From: Coleofasciculaceae cyanobacterium
Lineage (GTDB): Bacteria > Cyanobacteriota > Cyanobacteriia > Cyanobacteriales > Coleofasciculaceae
Reading direction: 5' to 3'
DNA length: 24,000 nucleotides
Assembly: GCA_036703315.1 (NCBI GenBank)
Contig: DATNPH010000003.1
Coordinates: 8,141-32,140 of the forward strand
Part shown: positions 10,803 through 18,005 of the stretch, in pieces
Position numbering within the stretch: position 1 is the stretch's first letter
Layout of the letters: the number at the start of each line of letters is the position of its first letter
The notes under the pieces: model-generated
Seen by the model: the letters and a program-made list of their open reading frames with translations, nothing else
The model's database searches: none
Told to the model about the DNA's origin: nothing
Program-made: the position numbers and the translations under genes

Positions 10803-11744
10803 ATGAACTTCTTGGGATTAAACCTAGATCTGTCAGTAAGCCTGCGATGGACTGATGTCATGAGTGCGTGGAGTGCTTTGGTTGCAGCGACAGATGCTCA
10901 GGCGGTTAACGCATCTTCTGAGGTTAGTCCACTGCAAAGCCTTCTCGAAGCGAGCGTGTTAGGTCTCGTGCAGGGAATCACTGAGTTCTTGCCGATCAGC
11001 AGTACAGCGCATCTGCTGGTCTTCACTAAAGTCCTAGGCTGGGAAGCCTTGGGACAAAAGTATTTTGTAGACGCCATTCAATTCGGCAGCGTCATCGCCG
11101 TGGTGTGGTATTTCTGGTCAGACATTCGCCAGATTTTGACTGGAGGATGGGTAGCCTTGCGCCAGCGAGCTTGGGAGCGGGACGAGTGGAAAGTCTTAGT
11201 AGGAATCGCGGTTGGAACGGTTCCCTCATTGGTTGGCGGTTTTCTGCTTAAAGATAAGCTACCAGAGAGTATGGCAATCATTGCCACTTTGTCAATCGTC
11301 ATGGCATTACTGCTGGGACTGGCAGAGCAGATTGGCAGTCGTAAGCGTGGCTTTGATTCCCTCCAGATTAAGGACGGTATCCTGGTTGGGCTAGGTCAAA
11401 TGTTTGCCCTATTTCCAGGTGTGTCGCGGTCTGGCTCAACGTTAACAACATCATTATTCTTGGGACTGGAGCGGCAAACAGCAGCAAAGTTTTCTTTTTT
11501 GCTGGGTCTCCCCACATTGACTATTGCCACTTTGTACCAAGCGAGAAAAGCGTTTGGCAACACCGACATGCTGCTCCCCCTGCTGGTAGGGATTGTCTCA
11601 ACCTTCATCTTCTCTTACTTATCAATTGCTTGGCTGCTGCGCTATTTGCAGCGTCAGAACACTTGGATCTTCGTCTGGTATCGGCTGGCGTTCGGGGTGA
11701 CGATTCTAGCAGCGATCGCCACAGGCTGGCTGAGGAACAATTGA
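10803..11744 (+). CDS. uppP: Undecaprenyl-diphosphatase (UppP/BacA); N-terminal start uncertain
   Basis: VLGLVQGITEFLPISSTAHLL and FPGVSRSGSTLTTSLFLGLERQTAAKFSFLLGLP signatures, with a multi-span profile. Confidence 0.95.
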   Translation: MNFLGLNLDLSVSLRWTDVMSAWSALVAATDAQAVNASSEVSPLQSLLEASVLGLVQGITEFLPISSTAHLLVFTKVLGWEALGQKYFVDAIQFGSVIAVVWYFWSDIRQILTGGWVALRQRAWERDEWKVLVGIAVGTVPSLVGGFLLKDKLPESMAIIATLSIVMALLLGLAEQIGSRKRGFDSLQIKDGILVGLGQMFALFPGVSRSGSTLTTSLFLGLERQTAAKFSFLLGLPTLTIATLYQARKAFGNTDMLLPLLVGIVSTFIFSYLSIAWLLRYLQRQNTWIFVWYRLAFGVTILAAIATGWLRNN

Positions 11745-11844
11745 GAAGAAGTTTAGCTATTAATTCAAGTTACTAGTACTACAGCCGCTGAAATCCAAAT
11801 AATCTGCTCTACAAATTATGCAGATTGTATTGGAGAGTAAGGGC

Positions 11845-12831
11845 CTAAAAATTCTCTCCATCAAAATGAATCAGATGATCTGGAGCCTCGGCAATCCAGA
11901 CTTCCGTTTCCCAAGCAATATCTGGAGCAAACTGACGGAAAGTATTACGGTCAAGAAAGGCCGTGACAAAAATAATATCAGCCCTACATTGATCAGTTAG
12001 CTTTTTTAGTTCCAAAAGACGTACAGGAGAAATTGGACCTGAACTATGAACAGCCTCTATGAGGTAGAGCCAATTTCTCTGTTCTGAGTAAGCTATTATA
12101 TCCGGCAATTCACCATAAGACAGCTCAAAAAATCGAAGTGCCTCAAGTCGCTCTTTTTCCAAGTGAAGGAATTTGTTAGCGGTATCACCTACATTCAGCA
12201 CCTCTGCACCATAGCCATAGCGAGGGAGAAATTCCTCGATAACAGCTTTTTGCAATTCATTGTGCTTGCCAGGGCTTAACTCAGAAGTTTTACCAGAAGG
12301 AAAATTAACAGGGATTAAATTCAAGTCTCGCTTACCTGAAAGCTGCTCTTCTAGCGTTACTTTGCTTGCTAAGAACTCTTCAACATCAGCTTTCCAGCTA
12401 CTTGATCCGAAAGCCCTAATCAAAGCAGCATAGTCTGGACTTAATGCAAAAGCTCTTGTCCCATCATTGCGAGCTGCATTAGGATTTGCCGAACTTGCAA
12501 TAATGATTCCTGCTAGGACTATTAATTTTAAATCTTTTCTGCGTATATCATCATAAGAGCTTTCAGATATTTTTTCATTAAAATGGCTGTTCCAGTATCT
12601 AATAATATCTCTAGTTCTAAGAGCATGAGAAGTACCAACCTTTGCCCAATCAGTTTTCGTTTTGACATTGGCTACAGCTAAGAAAGCCATAGCTACCCTT
12701 TCCATTCGCCGTTTACTCATCCCTTCAACAGGTATACCAAACTTAGAAAGAATATATAAAGCTTCATTAATAAGCCTTTGCAGTTGCTTTGGCTTATCGG
12801 ACTCGGTAATATACTGGGGTAGCTCAGGCAT
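11845..12831 (-). CDS. BsuBI/PstI-family type II restriction endonuclease
   Basis: N-terminal helical domain, then GDTANKFLHLEKERLEALRF...GELPDIIAYSEQRNWLYLIEAVHSSGPISPVRLLELKKL...FVTAFLDRNTFRQFAPDIAWETEVWIAEAPDHLIHFDG, typical of BsuBI_PstI_RE. It lies 9 nt downstream of the methyltransferase stop. Confidence 0.87.
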   Translation of the reverse strand: MPELPQYITESDKPKQLQRLINEALYILSKFGIPVEGMSKRRMERVAMAFLAVANVKTKTDWAKVGTSHALRTRDIIRYWNSHFNEKISESSYDDIRRKDLKLIVLAGIIIASSANPNAARNDGTRAFALSPDYAALIRAFGSSSWKADVEEFLASKVTLEEQLSGKRDLNLIPVNFPSGKTSELSPGKHNELQKAVIEEFLPRYGYGAEVLNVGDTANKFLHLEKERLEALRFFELSYGELPDIIAYSEQRNWLYLIEAVHSSGPISPVRLLELKKLTDQCRADIIFVTAFLDRNTFRQFAPDIAWETEVWIAEAPDHLIHFDGENF

Positions 12832-12840
12832 TGATATTAC

Positions 12841-13854
12841 TTAAAAAGGTAATGATAGCTGCAACGGTAAGCTGTTGCTTACTATCTCACTAGCTGATAA
12901 ACGTTTAGTTGATTGCAAATAGTTCCGGACAACTCCAGCTAAATGAAATGCAAATAGTGGTGAAACTGCATTACCCACTTGATTTAAGCAACTTGTTTCT
13001 GTTCCTACGAATTCAAACCAATCTGGAAAACTTTGCAGCCGTGCTGCTTCTCTCAAAACCAGACGCCGCCGCCGTCCATCAGGAAGTTTAATCCGGTGCA
13101 TATCGCCAGTGGCACCCGCCAGGTTCCTACAGGTTAAAGTTCGAGCGGGTTTATCTAGATGAAGATCGCGAGGACGTTTGCACAAAGAAGCTTTTTCATA
13201 CTTGGCTACATACTTATCCATACTAGGTGTCAGAAATTTTGATTCAGGAGGAGCTTGAAAAGCTAGCTCTCCTAATGCTTCACCTACACTAATTTTTCTC
13301 TCTAGTAAATTTGGAAAACTAAAGTGTCCTTTGTGACCCACGACAATAATACGCTCACGATTTTGAGGAACACCAAAGTCAACAGCATTTAATAACTTAA
13401 CCTCGATGACATAACCCAATGCCTGAAGCGCTTGAGTAATTTCATCTAAATACCACTTGTTTCGATAAAGCAGACCGCGAACATTCTCAAAAAACCAAAT
13501 TTCAGGACGAAGTCTCTCTACAGCACTGATGAAAATTGGGAAACCATCCCGTGAATCTCTTAAACCGTTTTGCTTCCCACCTACACTAAAAGGCTGACAG
13601 GGTGGACCACCAATCAGTACAGGTGCAGCAGGTAACTCTGTTTCTGTAGTCAACACTAGCTGAGTACACTTACCTTTTAAGTTTTTTCTATAAGTGGCAC
13701 AGGAATCAGCATCCATTTCAAAGCCATGCGTCTCAAACCCCTGTGCCTCAAACCCCAGTGATAAACCACCGCATCCGACAAAAAGATCTACTACCAGTGG
13801 ACTGCGAGATGGCGCAGGTTTAAGGACTTGGTTGATTTTGTCAACGTAGTTCAT
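12841..13854 (-). CDS. DNA (cytosine-5-)-methyltransferase, type II R-M
   Basis: Motif I VDLFVGCGGLSLGF, IV GGPPCQPFS, VI FENVRGL, VIII VPQNRERIIVVG, IX-like REAARLQSFPDWFEF, X NQVGNAVSP. Confidence 0.97.
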   Translation of the reverse strand: MNYVDKINQVLKPAPSRSPLVVDLFVGCGGLSLGFEAQGFETHGFEMDADSCATYRKNLKGKCTQLVLTTETELPAAPVLIGGPPCQPFSVGGKQNGLRDSRDGFPIFISAVERLRPEIWFFENVRGLLYRNKWYLDEITQALQALGYVIEVKLLNAVDFGVPQNRERIIVVGHKGHFSFPNLLERKISVGEALGELAFQAPPESKFLTPSMDKYVAKYEKASLCKRPRDLHLDKPARTLTCRNLAGATGDMHRIKLPDGRRRRLVLREAARLQSFPDWFEFVGTETSCLNQVGNAVSPLFAFHLAGVVRNYLQSTKRLSASEIVSNSLPLQLSLPF

Positions 13855-13859
13855 GTTTA

Positions 13860-13869
13860 GCCCTAGGGC
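13860..13869. promoter_or_regulatory. Perfect palindrome GCCCTAGGGC abutting the methyltransferase start
   Basis: Read directly; 5 nt upstream of the methyltransferase ATG (13852-13854 on the minus strand). Function not established. Confidence 0.35.
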
Positions 13870-13927
13870 GGTCGATACTCCTGTTCATGATAAAGCTCTA
13901 CCCCAAGCAGATGTCTTATTGGTTTGT

Positions 13928-13999
13928 ACTTAGTAGCCCCTACTAGGTGTTATCCTAGTGTTGCCTGTGTCACTCTGAGAGCTAACCTCAGAGTGTTTT
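13928..13999 (+). promoter_or_regulatory. Structured leader A: two consecutive hairpins, the second followed by TTTTC
   Basis: H1 ACTTAGTAG-CCC-CTACTAGGT (9-bp stem, one G-U), with an alternative ACTAGG-tgttat-CCTAGT pairing. H2 CACTCTGAG-agctaac-CTCAGAGTG (13971-13995), then TTTTC. Confidence 0.6.
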
Positions 14000-14020
14000 C
14001 TTAAGATATTAAGGTAGCTT

Positions 14021-14227
14021 ATGAATAGACCCATCACTAATAAAGATGACTTGGAGATACTGATAGATGAGCTAGGACTCAAAACAGTCCTAGCCACAAT
14101 CGCTACTATCTGCCAAGAAAAAGCCGACAAAGCCAAGGTGACCAACGGTTACTACTCCGACCCATGCAGGAATTTCATGCAGGCAGGAGCCAGCATTAGG
14201 GCAGTACTTAGGCGAATTGAGTGCTGA
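14021..14227 (+). CDS. Small hypothetical protein (68 aa)
   Basis: MNRPITNKDDLEILIDELGLKTVLATIATICQEKADKAKVTNGYYSDPCRNFMQAGASIRAVLRRIEC; ordinary amino-acid composition, preceded by the structured leader and a purine-rich AAGGTAG. Confidence 0.6.
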   Translation: MNRPITNKDDLEILIDELGLKTVLATIATICQEKADKAKVTNGYYSDPCRNFMQAGASIRAVLRRIEC

Positions 14228-14244
14228 TATTTGAAGACATCGAC

Positions 14245-14310
14245 GGGACTAAGTAACCCCTACAAAGTCCTGAAACAAAGACTCTGAGCAGGATAAAGCC
14301 TACTCAGGGT
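14245..14310 (+). promoter_or_regulatory. Structured leader B: related two-hairpin leader
   Basis: H1 GGGACT-aa-GTA-acccc-TAC-aa-AGTCCT (14245-14271). H2 ACTCTGAG-c-AGG-ataaag-CCT-a-CTCAGGGT (14281-14310). Confidence 0.55.
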
Positions 14311-14341
14311 ATTCTTATGGGGTGTCTAAGTCCTAGTTCAG

Positions 14342-14518
14342 ATGCCTATTGATCGCGAGAAGAATAAGCAACTCAAGGTAACTATACCTAATGACCTCCA
14401 CAGAAAGCTCAAGATCATATCCGAGAGAATAGGTATTCCTATGGCTCAGATGCTCCTACAGTCAGCTGTAGAGAAGTATAGAGAGGAGCTGAAGGAACTG
14501 GACAAAGAAGAAGAATAG
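14342..14518 (+). CDS. Small ribbon-helix-helix (CopG/Arc-like) protein (58 aa), not in the supplied ORF track
   Basis: My translation: MPIDREKNKQLKVTIPNDLHRKLKIISERIGIPMAQMLLQSAVEKYREELKELDKEEE. The KQLKVTIPNDLHRKLKIISERIGIPMAQMLLQSAVEKY segment has the beta-helix-helix pattern of RHH proteins. Confidence 0.72.
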   Translation: MPIDREKNKQLKVTIPNDLHRKLKIISERIGIPMAQMLLQSAVEKYREELKELDKEEE

Positions 14519-14629
14519 GCGTGATTTGGCTCGTATAACCTTTATTGGCTGTAGGAGTATTGTTATATCAGAATAGGGCTTTCAGCTTTTACTTCGTAAA
14601 TCCTCTTATGCCATGTTCTAGATTCTGTT

Positions 14630-15751
14630 ATGGCTAAATATCAATTTTCTCCAATACAAAGAATGGCTATTTGGAAAGCACATAAAGAAAAATGTGCTTA
14701 TTGTGGTGAACTTATACCTTTTAATGATTTAGAGATTGACCACATCTTACCTGAAAGTCTTCTAGACAATCCTGAAAAATTAGAGAAAATCAAACTTGAA
14801 TATGGGTTGGGTTCAGAGTTTGATATTAACAATTACTCTAATTGGCTTCCGAGTTGCAGTAGTTGTAATAATCGTAAGAGAAATAGACCTTTTTCAGAAA
14901 GCTCCACTCGTTTTTATAGAGAAATGGTGGCTAGACCAAAGTATGAAGAAATAAAAAGGATTGAGCAAAATCTCGAAACAAAAATGAAAAAAGAAGGTTT
15001 TTTAACAAAAAGTCAGGCAATTCCGCTTATTGAAGAATATATTAAAGACTTTGTAGTGAATAACCTGATTATTTCACCAGCTACAAAAAGGCGCGATCAA
15101 TGGATTAATGAATACCTATCAAAAGCAGTTCAAACAATTGCCGAAAAAGCCACTCCTTCTGTAGTTGAAAATTTGTCCAATAATGAATTCTTTCTTACAG
15201 TTGTTATACAAGCAACTTCAATAGCACTTCGTAACCATCAAAAAGAAAAACTTAAAGCTTTAAGAAATGTAATTGTTAATTCAATACTTTCAACTTCAGT
15301 CGATGATGATATAAAGCTACTGTTCCTTGACCTAGTTGATGAGTTAAAAATTTCGCAATTGTGTTTATTGTATATGCTTGACGAACCGAGTAATTATAGA
15401 GATAAAGAAGCTATTTCAAAAAATCTAGAAGGTAATAAATACTTATATAGTCAATTCCTGAAACAATTGATAAACAAAGGACTGATATCTTTTGAATCTT
15501 TTTCTAAAGAGATTGAAGAAGCTGTAGGACAATTAGAAAATAACTATAATGCATCTAAACATGGGCGGTATGATTTATTTTCAGTACAATACTTTTCCAA
15601 GGAGAAAACGAGAGACAGCATGAAAGTAATAGAAGAAACAGAAAAAAATGTAGATTTAGCAGTAGTGCTTATAAAAGAGAATAAAAGTTGCACAACAGAG
15701 TTTGGCAGTCTATTTATTCAATTCATTAAATCTCCCCTTGGAGACAGCTAG
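14630..15751 (+). CDS. HNH endonuclease domain fused to a long, mostly helical C-terminal domain (373 aa)
   Basis: CAYCG...LEIDHILPESLLDNP...NYSNWLPSCSSCNNRKRNR is a canonical HNH with CxxC...CxxC zinc ligands. The C-terminus contains KLKALRNVIVNSILSTSVDDDIKLLFLDLVDELKISQLCLLYMLDEP. Confidence 0.88.
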   Translation: MAKYQFSPIQRMAIWKAHKEKCAYCGELIPFNDLEIDHILPESLLDNPEKLEKIKLEYGLGSEFDINNYSNWLPSCSSCNNRKRNRPFSESSTRFYREMVARPKYEEIKRIEQNLETKMKKEGFLTKSQAIPLIEEYIKDFVVNNLIISPATKRRDQWINEYLSKAVQTIAEKATPSVVENLSNNEFFLTVVIQATSIALRNHQKEKLKALRNVIVNSILSTSVDDDIKLLFLDLVDELKISQLCLLYMLDEPSNYRDKEAISKNLEGNKYLYSQFLKQLINKGLISFESFSKEIEEAVGQLENNYNASKHGRYDLFSVQYFSKEKTRDSMKVIEETEKNVDLAVVLIKENKSCTTEFGSLFIQFIKSPLGDS

Positions 15752-16045
15752 AAATACCAAGCCGTAGAGGAAATCATGATATTCAGCGGTTCTCCTGCTT
15801 CATAACGCGCAAGAAGTTCTCTAGCATTCATATTCCTGTATTGGTCAGTTTTGGTAAATCAGACTAATCCCAAACTAACACCCTAATGCAAGGTTGGGAT
15901 TTATGGTCTAAGCTCACTTCCGTTGCGCGTTAGCGATGCTTGCTTGCCCCAAGAACCGCTCTAATCAACCAGAGGTTTCTGACAAGGAAGGAGCGATCGC
16001 ACCTGTACCCCATGAGAAAATTAGATTAACAACCGCCAAACAGCC

Positions 16046-16609
16046 ATGATGCCTGCATCGGTTAAACCCCTCACCCTTGAAGAATTTCTCAAGCTTCCTT
16101 ATATCGAGGAATCTCCTGCATGGGAGTACATTAATGGGGATGCGATGCAAAAGCCGATGCCAAAAACTAGGCACTCTATCTTACAAAAGCGGCTACTCGC
16201 TGTCATCGATAGTCACACGGAGGACTATACGGCACTTCCTGAACTTCGTTGTACATTTGGGGGGCGTTCTGTTGTGCCTGATGTTGCAGTGGTGGCATGG
16301 AACCGAATTCCGTTGGATGAGGAGGGAGAGCCAGAAGACAATTTTGTCCAACCCCCAGATTGGACAATTGAGATTCTCTCACCCGAACAGAATGCTAACC
16401 GGGTTATTGACAACATCCTGCATTGTCTGCGACATGGCTGTCAGTTAGGGTGCCTCATCGATCCGGACGATCGCTCTATCCTTACATTTAGACCCAAGCA
16501 AGAACCTGAAGTATATAGAGGAAACGATCGCTTGCAACTTCTTGAAGGAATCGAGTTAGAGTTAACGGCAGATCAAGTTTTTGGGTGGTTGAAGATTGGT
16601 AGAAGTTGA
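16046..16609 (+). CDS. Uma2 family (DUF820) putative restriction-endonuclease-like protein
   Basis: LTLEEFLKLPY...EYINGDAMQKPMPKTRHSILQKRLL...RCTFGGRSVVPDVAVVAWNRI...PPDWTIEILSPEQNANRVIDNILHCLRHGCQLGCLIDPDDRSILTFRP, typical of Uma2. Confidence 0.93.
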   Translation: MMPASVKPLTLEEFLKLPYIEESPAWEYINGDAMQKPMPKTRHSILQKRLLAVIDSHTEDYTALPELRCTFGGRSVVPDVAVVAWNRIPLDEEGEPEDNFVQPPDWTIEILSPEQNANRVIDNILHCLRHGCQLGCLIDPDDRSILTFRPKQEPEVYRGNDRLQLLEGIELELTADQVFGWLKIGRS

Positions 16610-16795
16610 TTAGACCAATGTGTACATAGCAATGCGATCGCTCTCATGTGTTTTGCCTACTCTAAAAAAGACTAGCTGCTAAGCCTAATACTTTCAGATA
16701 AGCGAATCACTATCAGGGGATAGAGGACACTGAATCTTTGCTGTTTATAGAGTAGGTGTAGGTTAATCAGAAACTATAGAAGTCAACCGAAACTT

Positions 16796-17590
16796 ATGGC
16801 AGTACAAGGCAGAGAACGTTCATACACCGACCAAGTGAGTGAAGCGATCGCTACAGCAACTCAAATGGCTGCTACTGTGGCTAAGTTGGCTTCTGGCGTA
16901 GCGCACATTGCTGCTGATGAGATTACAGGTACTACTACGGTTGTCGGGAAAACAGTTGTACCTGCGGCTCAGCAATTTGTGGAGCAGGGAACCGAAACTG
17001 TAGGCAAATTCGTCACTCCCATCGCTGAGAATCCGCTAATTAAGTTTGGTGCAAAACTTCCAGGCATCAACGTGCTATTGGCTGCGCTTGGTCAGGTTGA
17101 TGTGGAGAAGGCTCACAGTGAGGTAGACAAGTTACGACAGCAATACCCTCTAGAAACACCTGAACAACTTGCTCACCGAATTATTGTCGATACCGCTCTG
17201 AAAGCTGGAGGGATTGGACTACTGACTAACTTTGTGCCTCCTTTGGCGCTAACACTATTTGCGATCGATATAGCGGCGGTTACAGCACTCCAAGCCGAGA
17301 TGGTCTATCGTATTGCTGCTGCTTATGGATTTTCACTGAAAGACTCAACGCGACGAGGCGAAGTTCTAGCAATTTTCGGATTATCTCTAGGAGGTTCCGG
17401 AGTCCTCAAAGGTGGACTGAGCATTGTGGAACTCCTGCCTGTAATCGGTGCGGTGGTTGGAGCGTCTTCTAACGCGGCTCTACTTTACTCAGTAGGATAC
17501 GTTGCCTGCCGATTCTATGAGGCAAAGAAAAACTCTGCTAGGCAAGCAGATGCAAGTAGCTTTTGGACTAATCCCAACTCCCAGAACTAA
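16796..17590 (+). CDS. EcsC-like / hydrophobic DUF697-like protein
   Basis: Glycine- and alanine-rich hydrophobic segments: KAGGIGLLTNFVPPLALTLFAIDIAAVTALQAEMVYRIAAAYGFSL and VVELLPVIGAVVGASSNAALLYSVGYVACRFYE. Confidence 0.6.
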   Translation: MAVQGRERSYTDQVSEAIATATQMAATVAKLASGVAHIAADEITGTTTVVGKTVVPAAQQFVEQGTETVGKFVTPIAENPLIKFGAKLPGINVLLAALGQVDVEKAHSEVDKLRQQYPLETPEQLAHRIIVDTALKAGGIGLLTNFVPPLALTLFAIDIAAVTALQAEMVYRIAAAYGFSLKDSTRRGEVLAIFGLSLGGSGVLKGGLSIVELLPVIGAVVGASSNAALLYSVGYVACRFYEAKKNSARQADASSFWTNPNSQN

Positions 17591-18005
17591 TTTCCAGAAG
17601 ATTGAAGAAGACAGAGGGCAGAAGAAGGAAGGCAGAAGGGGGGATTGTTTCCCCCACTCACTCCCAGCCACTGAATACCTTCAGTGGGGGATTGTAACCC
17701 TTGATCCAAATCCTTCGCCAGAAGCCTTTCTTGTTCAATAGACTTCTTGCAAAAGTCCATAAACCCCACTCCCCGCAAGCCGGAAGGGTAAAAAGGCTTG
17801 TTCCCTCCCCGTTGGCCTACTGGGTTCGTTGCTCAACCCAGCCTAACCGTGAGTTCCAGCAGTTTTCAGGTTCGTGTACCACAGGGTAAGGGCGCAAGGC
17901 CTTGTGCCCCTACAACTCCTGCAAGAGCACCGAGTTGAAAAATCCTATCAGTTGGGTCTTTGCATCGGTGTGTTCATTTGCTAGCTCTCCAATTAGTGTG
18001 TCTGC

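Noticed and set aside
11078-11608. Minus-strand ORFs 11078..11302 and 11396..11608, and plus-strand 11212..11394, inside uppP
   Set aside because: They are alternate-frame ORFs within a convincing uppP gene.
11818-13091. ORFs 11818..12000, 12662..12844 and 12909..13091 antisense to the R-M genes
   Set aside because: They are short and antisense to well supported genes, with no domain evidence.
13930-14145. 71-aa minus-strand ORF opposite the small plus-strand ORF
   Set aside because: It overlaps the structured leader and the antisense of 14021..14227. The leader hairpins and the 68-aa ORF explain this region better, although which strand is coding is not certain.
11845-15751. Assignment to BREX, DISARM, Gabija, retron or other named systems
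   Set aside because: None of their signature genes (PglZ, BrxC, DrmA/B, GajA/B, reverse transcriptase) is present in the window.
15965-16448. ORFs 15965..16174, 16225..16416 and 16077..16448 overlapping the Uma2 gene
   Set aside because: The Uma2 frame contains all the family motifs. The others are shadow ORFs.
17489-17889. Overlapping short ORFs 17489..17671, 17502..17741, 17587..17778 and 17701..17889
   Set aside because: This is low-complexity purine-rich (AGAGGGCAGAAGAAGG) and repeat-like intergenic DNA. All strands are open by composition.
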